NCBI RefSeq assembly: GCF_001194135.2
Contig: NC_068994.1
Span: forward strand, 5,135,455-5,168,069
From: Octopus bimaculoides
Taxonomy: Eukaryota
Length of the DNA stretch: 32,615 bases
Direction: 5' to 3'
Part shown: one piece after another, positions 10,864 to 22,000 of the stretch
Numbering within the stretch: position 1 is the first letter of the stretch
Layout of the letters: every line of letters begins with the position of its first letter
Notes under the pieces: model-generated
What the model was told of the DNA's origin: nothing
What the model saw: only the letters and a program-made list of their open reading frames with translations
Database searches by the model: none
Position numbers and translations under genes: made by a program

Positions 10864-11277
10864 GGGGAGGGACAAGGAAAGAGTGAAACATAGAGTGAAA
10901 GAAGGAAAGAGAAAGAGAGTAGGAGGAGGGTGAGTTGTGGAGGAGAGTTAGTGGCAAGTTACTGTTTAGTAAGTCCAGGACTTTGAGAAGTTAGAAAAGT
11001 ATGCAGTGTCAGTATTTGGAGGTATTTGTCTAGTAATTACTGCTGTAACTGAGGTGTCTGACTGCAGAGCAGCAGGCAGACGACATGAAACAGGTATGAG
11101 GGGACGTGGGTGTGGGTGTAGATATCGATATAGATATATAATATACATAGAAGTAGGTATATGTCTCTCTTTCAAAATACCCATCCATCTATCTATCTAA
11201 CCGTCTGTCTCTCTCTATCTGTCTATCTACACACTCCCACATACATCTATGCATATATATATATATCTATCTATCTA

Positions 11278-11320
<43 letters not shown>

Positions 11321-12199
11321 AATAAATATAGAAATATATGAATATATATATAAATAGATACACACATCTATCTATCTATCTATATATNNNNNNNNNNNNN
11401 NNNNNNNNNNNNNNNNNNNNNNNNNNNNNNNNNNNNNNNNNNNNNNNNNNNNNNNNNNNNNNNNNNNNNNNNNNNNNNNNNNNNNNNNNNNNNNNNNNNN
11501 NNNNNNNNNNNNNNNNNNNNNNNNNNNNNNNNNNNNNNNNNNNNNNNNNNNNNNNNNNNNNNNNNNNNNNNNNNNNNNNNNNNNNNNNNNNNNNNNNNNN
11601 NNNNNNNNNNNNNNNNNNNNNNNNNNNNNNNNNNNNNNNNNNNNNNNNNNNNNNNNNNNNNNNNNNNNNNNNNNNNNNNNNNNNNNNNNNNNNNNNNNNN
11701 NNNNNNNNNNNNNNNNNNNNNNNNNNNNNNNNNNNNNNNNNNNNNNNNNNNNNNNNNNNNNNNNNNNNNNNNNNNNNNNNNNNNNNNNNNNNNNTATATA
11801 TATATATATATGTGTGTGTGTGTGGGTATATATATATATATATATATATACCCACACACAGAGTGTTTCTATATATGTGTAGGTTGTATGCCTGTAAAAT
11901 AAGCCATGTATATAATTTATCTGCTACAGAGAAGCTGTCCAACACATGCGCCAGCGTGGAAATATGGAAAAGCAAATGTAAACTGATATAACGTGTGTCT
12001 GTTTGTAAAGGTACCTGAAGAAAATCTCTGAGCCCTATTCTCCTACCAAAATTGCAATTCTCGAGGGATGGAGTCCCTGTATAAGGTTACATACATGTTC
12101 ATGCATCCACTCGCCCCAAATCCCACCCCCACAGACATTGCTCAGCCATATTATCATATTTCCTGTCCCATTATACACTTTGTTGAAGATATATTTGTG

Positions 12200-12315
12200 C
12201 TGGTATATAATACATATATGAATATATATATATGAATGTATATATATAGATATATATATATATGTGTATATATATATGTATACACATATATATGAATACA
12301 TATATACATATGTAT

Positions 12316-12369
<54 letters not shown>

Positions 12370-12520
12370 GCACACACAATTATATGTACGTATATACATA
12401 TATATTGTGTATGTGTATATATATATATATGTGGGTGTGTGTGTATATGTTTTTTGTGTGTGCATGTGTATTTGAATGTGTGTGAGTGTGTGCACATGCA
12501 TGTATACACATATACACGTA
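12200..12520. repeat. TA/CA/TG microsatellite complex
   Basis: Direct reading. Confidence 0.9.
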
Positions 12521-13146
12521 TATAGATCTTGGTTAGTATTTCTGTTCAAACAACCCAACAAACTTCTCATTATATTAGTATAAGAGTGGCTGAATATTCC
12601 ACAGACACATGTACTTTAATGTATATATTTCTGAGGCATAATTAGCCCATGTGTGACAATGCTGCACTGGTGCAATACTGAAAACATCTGAAAGGCTTCA
12701 ACGCAGTTTCTATCTATGAAATTTCACTTATATGGCTTGGGTCACCCAAGGGTTTAGCAAAGCACATTTCTTAACCAACCTGACACACAGACAGACACAT
12801 GCACAGATACACAGACACACAGATACACACACACACATGCAATAAAGTGTGTATTCAGTGTAATCTGGTTGTTAATCTGAAGTGGAATTTCAAGAATCAA
12901 GTTAAGTGGACATGTCCACCTTGTTGTAATGCAATGAAGAGTCAATAAAGAGCGAAAATAAGCTAAAAAAAAAACATAATGAGAATGGATTTTAATTTAA
13001 TACCTGAAGAACATTTGAAAGAAAAGAAAAGAGAGACAGGAGGAAAACTGTGAAAGGGACGAATGAAGGAAATAAAGTAGGAAAGGCAAACGAAAAAAAG
13101 TTTTAAACAACTGAAAAAACCACATGTTGCCTAAGTCAGCAATTTA

Positions 13147-13376
13147 TTGGGTTGGTGCAATAATTATTGCACCCTTTTTTCAACAAATTTTATTCAACAA
13201 AAACATCTTTAAATGAGTATTCTGGGGTATATTCACCATCTACTTCAATTACTGCTTCTCATTTGCTTGGCAGACGGTCAGACCGTCATTTAAAGATGTT
13301 TTTGTTAAATACTGTTATTGTTTTTGTTGAATAAAATATGTTGAAAAAAAGCTGTAATAATTATGCACCAACCCAA
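13147..13376 (-). mobile_element. 230-bp mariner-derived MITE with ~70-90-bp inverted arms
   Basis: TA|TTGGGTTGGTGCAATAATTATTGC... and ...TAATAATTATGCACCAACCCAA|TA, similar to the Hsmar1/MADE1 TIR. The arms extend to aaacatctttaaatga / tcatttaaagatgttt. The core translates on the minus strand as DRLPSK*EAVIEVDGEY (mariner C-terminus). Confidence 0.88.
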
Positions 13377-14882
13377 TATTTAATGACTAAAGTACAAAAC
13401 TCCTCTGGGGTGAGTTAGAGTTATTTCCTTTTGAATGTCTCAGATTTCCCAAATATCTCATCTGGTGTCTGAATAGGGATCTTGGTTGAGCCCTTTTGAG
13501 TATTTTACTTTTCTATCTAATGCATAAATCACACCTTTTTGTTCCGCTCATTCTGAGTAATATTTTTTGATAATTCTCCATTTAATGGTGTAGATTTTTT
13601 TCTTCTTTTAATTACTATTAATGTTGAAACCTAACTCAACAAGGCTTGCAAACAGTTCACAGGAGTGTCAGAAAACAAATTTAAACAAAGATTCTAGAAT
13701 CATATGACCTTCTTTAAAAATGTCAACACAAAAAAAAGATGAAAGCTACAAAATTAACTTTTAATGATGCATTGTGTTCTTGAGCAATCCTTGTTGATCA
13801 GAGAGATTCCATTCAATTTTCAAACTACGCTGGGGTGTCACATTATCTCATGTTATTGTCTTTATTATAGATGAAACTGCTTATCTTATTCACACTATTG
13901 TTGCAATTGCTGTTACTCATAAGGGAGTTGGTGAATTAGTAATGGCAGCAGCTGTACTGGTTTTGGTGTTGATGATGGATAGTGGTGGGGGCTGGTGAAG
14001 ACTGATTTATACACATCTATCCATCTACTCACCCATCCATCCATTCATTGATCCAACAATCCGTTCACACACACACACCACTTAGATGTGTACATGTGTG
14101 TATAGGATGAGATTTACACAAGATGCAATTCCTGACAGGATGTTGATCTGTTAAACTATGTTATGGGTGTGACTCCCTTTTTGCCATCGACTAACTTCCT
14201 TGGTTTACTTATTCCTACATTCTTGGCGATGACATGTTTTAATTCCTGTCTTTCTCGGTTATTTATGACAGAACAGGAAGAGGATATCTTACGTGAGAAG
14301 TGTCAGCTGTTTTTAACGGATAAACTCACACACACACACTTATGGGCTCAGCATGGGCAAATGGTTGAGAAGTTTGTTTCATATTAATGAAGTCACTGGT
14401 TCAATTCCACCACATAGCACCTTGGTCGAGAGTAATTTCCTATAGTACAGAGTCAGCTCAAACATTGTAACTAAAAATGGAATAGAAGTCAGTTGGGTGG
14501 ATTGTACTTGTAACTGAAAAATTCTCGATTATCATAGATTGTGTCATGGTGAATCTGCTTGTCATTACGCTAAGGGTACTCGTGTGTGTAGAATGCTTGC
14601 TTACACACTAATTACATGAACAAGTCAGTTGATCAAACAAATGAATATTCATAATTTACTCTCTCTCTCTCTCCCTCACACACACGCACACAATGAGAGT
14701 CTGTGTTTAGAAAGGTTAAAGTAGAAAATTGTTTCTTTGATATGTGCGGTGTGTTACTTGTTTGATGTGGAACTAGTTTGTCTTTGTCTGATCTGACCTG
14801 ATGTACGCTATGAAGTAACTACAGATGATGGATGCCTTGTGATGTTGAAACAACATCATTGAATCTGTCTTTATAATTACAG

Positions 14883-15056
14883 GTGATGGTGACTGCTGGT
14901 GGAGAGTGGACAGAACTACAAAAAGTAGAAGATTGTGTTTTCCAAGGACTTGTGGATCTCAGTCGGCAAGAAATGGCAGGAGGTGGTAAAGTACACCTGA
15001 ATGTGAAGGGCAAAGGTCAAACCCAGTACACCACGTATTTGGAGTATGATGTCTAA
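14883..15056 (+). CDS. Short hillarin/KY C-terminal-repeat paralog, last coding exon (VMVTAGGEWTELQKVEDCVFQGLVDL...TQYTTYLEYDV*)
   Basis: Acceptor ataattacag|GTG, phase 0, matching the 9141 donor; TAA at 15054-15056. Aligns with the minus-gene end VAVVADQDWTTLEKK..WEGTVEL...ATLLEYSI*. Not in the ORF track. Confidence 0.88.
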   Translation: MMVTAGGEWTELQKVEDCVFQGLVDLSRQEMAGGGKVHLNVKGKGQTQYTTYLEYDV

Positions 15057-15279
15057 AGCCATACGGATGATCCCTCTTCCCACTGACCTTTTCAATAATT
15101 TATACTTTAATTAATTCCTTTTTTTAATTTTTGCTTCCCCCCCCCCCACATATTATGTTCTTTTTTTTTTCACTAAAAACTCATGTTTTATGCACTAAAT
15201 TTACATTCTGAACTTAAAGACTTTGCTTTGTCCTAAGTTGTTATCATTGTTGCTGTTAGGATTATTATTATTAAACAGG

Positions 15280-15910
15280 GCAGTGGACAAGAAGAACTGG
15301 TAGAGTGGTGGAGAAAACAGTTTGCAGTATTTAGTTACATCACTGTATGTTCTGAGTTTCAAATCCTGCCAAAGGTGGTTTTACTTCAGATCCCTTTGGG
15401 GCTTGATAAAATATGAACAAGTGAAGTAATGCAATCTATTTGATTGACTGAACACATCCACAAGAACTTATGGCCTTGTGTCCGTTTATCTGAGAACTCA
15501 GTTATTACAATGGTCAGTGGATTGACAGAATTAGTGAAAAGGCAGATGGAAATCTATTTTAGCATTCGGTTATATCTCATAACATTCTGAGTTCAATTCC
15601 TGCTGTGACACATTTTGTCCTTCATTTTTCTGGGGCTTGATAAAAAAAAAGAACCAGTCAAGTACTGGGAGAGACCATTCCCATTCTAAATTTGTAACCT
15701 GATAAAATCATAGCAGTGCCAGAAAAAAAGTCCTCACAGTTTTACTTCCAGCACTGAGTTCAAATCACACCAAGGTCACTCAGCCTTTCATTTCTTCAGG
15801 GTTAACAAAATAAATTACCAGTCAAGTACTGGGATCGAGGGTATTGGCTTGCCTCCCCCTCCGCTCAAAATTGCCAACCATGTGCCTAAATTAGAAACAC
15901 TTATTATTTA
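15280..15910 (+). mobile_element. Three head-to-tail degenerate SINE family A copies
   Basis: The tgagtt(t)caaat, ggggcttgataaaa and accagtcaagtactggg motifs recur in three blocks (~15280, ~15510, ~15710). Confidence 0.65.
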
Positions 15911-16393
15911 TATTATCAAATCATAACCAGTTTTCATTATTTATTTAAAATGTGCTTCAAAAATGCTACTGAAGTGGCTTTAAATGACCTTCACAGGAAC
16001 ACATGCAAATTGATGACCCTTGTGGGGACACGTAATTTATTACCTTGGAATGCTACATAATTCACCTCTAAAATTTTGTGTCTTGTTTGAGTGTCAAGGC
16101 TTGCTAAATTGTATCACACTGTCTCACACATATCTATGTCAACGAGATATTCAATGTTCAGTATAGTGTTTTGACAATCTGTTTGTTATTGATTGACAGA
16201 CAACATAAAGCTTAAGGGTTCTCACCTGAAATTCATTGTGAATAAACAATTGAAATATTTCGACTATTTTTTGGCTTGTCATTATTATATTTTGCACACA
16301 CCTATATATGTATGTAACAAAAGAAAGTAGCACACGACACATTTGGTAAGAAAGATATATATCATGGCGCTGAGTCAAACTGTTATTAAATAT

Positions 16394-16634
16394 GTGGAGG
16401 CGGAGGGATTAGTGGTTAGGGTTAGGGTGTTGGACTCATGATTGTAAGATTTCGATTCATGGATCGAGTGATGTGTTCTTGAGCAAAACACTTCATTTCA
16501 CGTTGCTCCACTCAGCTGGCAAAAATGAGTAATCCTACGAAGGATCAGCGTCCTATCCGGATGGGGAATATATACGCCACGGAAACCGGGAAACTGGCCC
16601 CTTATGAGCCTGGCATGGCTTGAGAAGGGAACAT
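16394..16634 (+). mobile_element. tRNA-derived SINE (family C)
   Basis: agtggttaggg head and ttgagcaaaacacttcatttcacgttgctcc core. The same core occurs at ~812-985 (+) and as reverse complement at ~5340-5462 and ~18540-18675. Confidence 0.8.
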
Positions 16635-18199
16635 AAAATGTAAATGTATGTTATATGTATATCTATATGTTATTAATAACACCTAGAAGAAGGTGCTTCT
16701 TTTCCACTCACCAAAGCGAATAGAACTTTGGCCAGGAGGAATTGATGTCATCAGACAATATCCAACGATCGTCCGGTGTTTCAATCATTCCTCCTGGCTT
16801 TCAGCATAACAGAACTCATGAGAAAAGCTTTCAAGTCCCCGTTGACGTTGGTAAATAAATACAAAAACTGTAATGATATAAGTAGCAAGAAGCATGAAGA
16901 TTTCCTATCAAGACAACGTTTTCTATAAAATACATCGAAAAGTGCAGGAACGAAATTTGCTTAGTGGGTGCTAATACCAGGTCCAAATTATTTTACAAAC
17001 ACGGTCGACTTTTTTCAACCTTAATATCAAACCAAACACAGGTATAATACTAATTATCATTATTAATTATATTTTTACATCAAACGAATCAAATAAATCC
17101 AGAAGTAGAAAATGTTCACATCAGTCAAAAAATGCTCCTACGTTCTTTTGTTTTGGTGATGAAGTTTTTCAGGCGGATGTTCAAGACATTTCCATTATCC
17201 CCCACTCAAAAAAATTGTTAGGGGTTGCGCTTGCATGCCTTGTTCTTGAGCCAATGAATAAATCCTCCTGGAAAAGTTTCCCCACAAAAAAAAAATAAAT
17301 AATAAAAAAGGGAAAAGAAAAACCAAAAAATGTTACGTTTTGTTTACAAAACAGGGAGAGTTGCTTCCCTTGTTTTATTGACGGGAGAAATTGTTACTCA
17401 GAAGAAATATTTATTTCTTTATTGCCCACAGTGGGGGATAAACAAGGACGGACAAAGGGATTAAGTCGATCACNNNNNNNNNNNNNNNNNNNNNNNNNNN
17501 NNNNNNNNNNNNNNNNNNNNNNNNNNNNNNNNNNNNNNNNNNNNNNNNNNNNNNNNNNNNNNNNNNNNNNNNNNNNNNNNNNNNNNNNNNNNNNNNNNNN
17601 NNNNNNNNNNNNNNNNNNNNNNNNNNNNNNNNNNNNNNNNNNNNNNNNNNNNNNNNNNNNNNNNNNNNNNNNNNNNNNNNNNNNNNNNNNNNNNNNNNNN
17701 NNNNNNNNNNNNNNNNNNNNNNNNNNNNNNNNNNNNNNNNNNNNNNNNNNNNNNNNNNNNNNNNNNNNNNNNNNNNNNNNNNNNNNNNNNNNNNNNNNNN
17801 NNNNNNNNNNNNNNNNNNNNNNNNNNNNNNNNNNNNNNNNNNNNNNNNNNNNNNNCATTTGAAAGGTGATTATGATGGGAGAATTACTGGAATCGAACAG
17901 GTATTACATGGAGTAATTCTTAATAGAGAAGAAAGATCGTGCTGTTTGAGGTAACTTACCTTTTTATGGTTTTGTGTAGAAGCAGGGGCTGTGTTTGTGA
18001 TTCTTCGTGATAGGGGAGAATGGCATGGTTGGTGACAGTGTTGCAAAACAAAACAAAATTAAAAAAATAGGAATGGAGAAAGGGAAAGAACTCCAACGAG
18101 TTGACGTGGAAAGGAAAGAATGAGTAATAGTAGTATGGGGGCCCTGGGATGGACGTAGAGAGAGAGAGAGTGAGTGAGTGAGAGAAAGAGAGAGAGAGA

Positions 18200-18490
18200 G
18201 CCGGAGCGAAAGTGATCGAACGACAGCTAATACCGATGAGCAGACGTCTTAATACTTAAAAAAGGCAGAGTGAAGGAACGGAAGTCGGAGTGTGTTGGCG
18301 AGGAATTTCATGTCAACCAATCAGGGGTCCTTTTTCTTATTGAGATTGGGTTAATTCACCAAAGCATAAAAAAGTACAACTAACCTCATCACTTGGTGAG
18401 CGATTTTAGCTTGGTAAGCGTCTACTTCGATTTTGCTAATTATTTTGGGCGCCTATCTTTGCGGAACATCAAAGATGTGACTGTTGACGA
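18200..18490. promoter_or_regulatory. CpG-enriched promoter-like patch with ETS and CCAAT motifs
   Basis: About 15 CpGs counted by eye in ~290 bp. CGGAAGT at 18279-18285, AACCAATCAG (CCAAT 18317-18321), reverse CCAAT at 18345-18349. Outward-facing donors at 17960 (minus, AAG|GTAAGT) and at 18395 and 18413 (plus). Confidence 0.4.
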
Positions 18491-18539
18491 GGGAGAAGAC
18501 TACACTCAACTTTAGATTTTGGGCTGGTTTAAAAAATTT

Positions 18540-18675
18540 TTTTTAGCTGAGTGGATTGGAGCAACATGAAACGAAGTGCCTTGCTCAAGGACACAACATA
18601 CTGCATGGTCCAGGAATTGAAACTTTAACCTTATAGTCATGAGCAGAACACCCGAGCCATTTGGACTTGTGCTTT
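18540..18675 (-). mobile_element. SINE family C fragment
   Basis: ggagcaacatgaaacgaagtgccttgctcaaggacacaac is the reverse complement of the family C core. Confidence 0.7.
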
Positions 18676-18853
18676 TTATGATATGAAATTAAATACTCTG
18701 CTCATTAGTAACAGTGGTTGAGTATCATTGGGGACCAGCAATGGTGTTGGAGGAAATTAATTTGCAGTGCAATAAAAAGAATGAGAAACTCTGATGTGCT
18801 GTGCTTTCGGGTGCTGGATCATCACCACCACCCTTGTCGTTGTCCTTATTAAT

Positions 18854-19066
18854 AGGTGAGATGGTAGAATCGTTAGGATGCCAAGTAAAATGCTGAGTGA
18901 CATATCGTCTGTTCTTACATTCAGAGTTCAAATTCTGCTGAGGTCGACTTTGCCTTTCATCTTTTCGGGGTCGATAAACTAAGTACCAGTGGAGTACTGG
19001 GGTTGATGTAATCGACTAATCCCCCTCCTCCAAATTTCAGGCCTTGTGCCTTTGGTAGAAATGATC
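18854..19066 (+). mobile_element. SINE family A copy with (TTA)n tail
   Basis: Shares gagttcaaatt...gaggtcga.tttgcctttcatc.tttcggggtcgataaa.taagtaccagt with the 1061-1271 copy. Confidence 0.85.
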
Positions 19067-22000
19067 ATTATTATTATTATTATTATTTAGCATCTGTTTT
19101 CAATGTTGGCATGAGTTAGTTCGACAAGACTTAAGCGAGAGAGCTGTAGAAGAGCCTGATAGGATAAGTACCAAATCCAACAACAAAAAGAATGTTCTGG
19201 GGTGGTGGGATGGCGGTGGTTTTGTTTGACCCTTGATGGTGATGTCATAGCACAGTTGCAGTCCAAGGATTGAAACAAGATATACACACACACATGTATG
19301 TGCATGTACACATATATGTCTGAGAATGTTTACATTTTGTGATTACATGAGCAATGGTGAGTAATTCATCTGATCAATGCTAGCATGGAAAATGGACGTA
19401 AAATGAATGATGTTTCTGTGTACGTGTATATATAAATATATATCACTATGCGCTTCCTTGTATTATTGTAACCTTCACATGATGCCACCCCGCTGACAAC
19501 AGCCTGTCGCAAAGTTACCCATTAACAGCTTTGCTCAGCAAAGTAATGCACTACTTAGTCTGGGAATCGAGACCACGATCTTGCGATCGCGAGAACTACA
19601 GTAATCACTAGGTCAAGCGCCTGAAATACACAGTTGTGCTTGTGTGAAGCTGGGGGATTGAGTTATCTCCCTTTACACCAAAACCGCCATTCAATATAAT
19701 AGACTGAATTTAATACCGGAATCAATAATGATCAACTAAATACGGTTGAGGATAGAATCCTCTTACTAAAACGAGTAAAGTAATAAAGATTAGTGCTGAA
19801 GCTGGTTGTGGCGATGAGGTGGGTGGCTGGTTCGCATTTGATGAGTAAGACTGCTGTGTTCATGAAAGACAAGTTTCAATGATCCGGTCCATGAACAAAT
19901 CTTACAGCAAATAAACAGCAGGAGTTTTAATTTAACTGAAAGCAGCACTGCCCAGAGACACTCAACAACAATGTAAGAATAAAATACAAATAATTACAAT
20001 ATAAACAAAAAAACCACAAGGAATGACAATATAAAAAGCGAGAAATTTTATTCATTGAAGGAAAAAAAAAAAAAATAATTAAAAAAAAGATAGTAATGAA
20101 ATTAGAGAATTTTTAGATATTACAATTTTTTTGCAGCCTTTTTATTTTCTTTGTCACTTTGCTTTTACTTTTGAACTTTGAAATTTAGAACCCAAACTGG
20201 ACGCAGCTAAAGTTTGAGTGAGAATAAGCAAAATATAATATTGGCAAAGGAAAGTTAGTGGGGATGTGTGTATATATTATATATATATTTTTTTTGACTG
20301 GGGTATTTAAACCTTATAGAAATATAATAGCTATTCAGCTCTGTTGCCATTCAATACATATATTCAATTATTGCACATATTTTATATATGTATATATATA
20401 CATATATATATACATATATACATATACATACATACATATATAAAAGGCTGGGAGAGATTGAGGTGTAGAATATAAAGTAAGAGGCTCAAGTGTTGTTTAG
20501 AAGGGGCAAAGGTAAGGAGCTTATTTAGTGTCATGCTAGGAATAGTTGCAGACTTTTAGCAAAATACTTTATTGTATACGATAAGGCATAAACTTGCAGT
20601 TGGCAGTCTAAAATCTCCTAATAGCAACACCTCCTTCCTTGCACCAAACATGGTATGTATAGAATGGGGGGAAAGGTGAGGACAGAAATATAGTAACAAA
20701 ATAACAAACGAAGAATAATAAAAATAAAAAACAAGATCCTAAGAGAGAAAACAACGCCCAAAATAATCCAAATATTGCTTGACTGAATAACTGTTGTTAG
20801 TGATGTGTTGTAATAAAATAGGAGAGAGAGTGTGTGTGTGTGTGTGTGTGTATATGTTAGGAATAAAAGATGGCTGGAGCTTGATGCAGATGTTGGGTCC
20901 TTGAGATGGAACGATTCGTTTTAGTAATTTTTGCAGTTCAAAGTACAACATATTCACTTAGAGCATGTTGCTTGTATTGCTTTTTGCTTAGATTTTTTTT
21001 TTGTTTTTACTGTTTAGATGAGAGGGTTGCCCCTTTAAGGGATGGGATGTGGCAAAGGAGAGATTGGTGGTCAACCAATTTATCAGACTAATGTTCAATA
21101 AGGAAAGATTAAGGCAAATAGTAACAGCTTGGTGTGTTAAGGACGGCAGGAAGGTTTGGACAATGTTCTTAATAATTTTCGGCGCTGCACAATCCTATGT
21201 ACAATATTCTACATACATTTACAAATATATGTACATGTTCTACATAAAAGGAGGTGTGTGTGTGTGTTTGTGTTTATATGTGTATGTATGGAAATGGAAC
21301 TTTTTTTGTCTAGTACTTCAAACTGGAGAATTTCACGACAAATGTTACACTTAGGAATGTTAACCAACTGAAAATACTGGGAACAGCAAATTTTCGATTC
21401 CAGGACAGCTGTGTGTGTGTGTATACAAGAGCTGTTTTTCCTTTAGGTCAGCTCCGGGTGAGCAGATCTATAGTAAAAGCCTTTCCAGCCATGGCCATTC
21501 CTACTTTTTGCATATTCATGATTACATTATTCAATATCTTGTAATTTTTTAAGCATCACAGGCTGTGATTAGAGGAGATTTGGCTGCTATTTCTCAACAG
21601 TCAAATAACCACTTTATGAAAGAGTGTGTATATGTATGTGCGGAGTGTAGTAAGTGACCTTACGACCTCCAGCAGGTCTTTTGTCAAATTTATTTACCAA
21701 ATAAAATAGAATTCCAATGCAATCCAAAGACATCAATTCAAGAGATTGTTTGTGTGTGTGTGTACATGCCACATAACTGTATCAACAATATTTGACAACT
21801 GAAACTACACAGATTTTCTGGAGTAGTTATTATTGCAAACTGATAGAAATATCTAGTTTGGGTGTAAACCGGGTGTTTCATCCATTCCACTCCTTGCCCA
21901 ACTGGTGCTGGGGTGGTGCAGGGTGGTGCAGGGTTAGCACTTCCTGCTTATCAGTATCTGGCTAGGCTACGTTTGTTTGAGAATAAACATCTTTTCTACG

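Noticed and set aside
9136-14884. ACAGGT duplicated at both ends of the plus-gene intron as a TSD-like sign of TE-mediated intron gain
   Set aside because: Identical to the ordinary splice consensus; the minus-gene introns show similar context.
16700-17200. Unexplained moderately CpG-rich stretch
   Set aside because: No recognisable translation, TIR or repeat partner found by eye.
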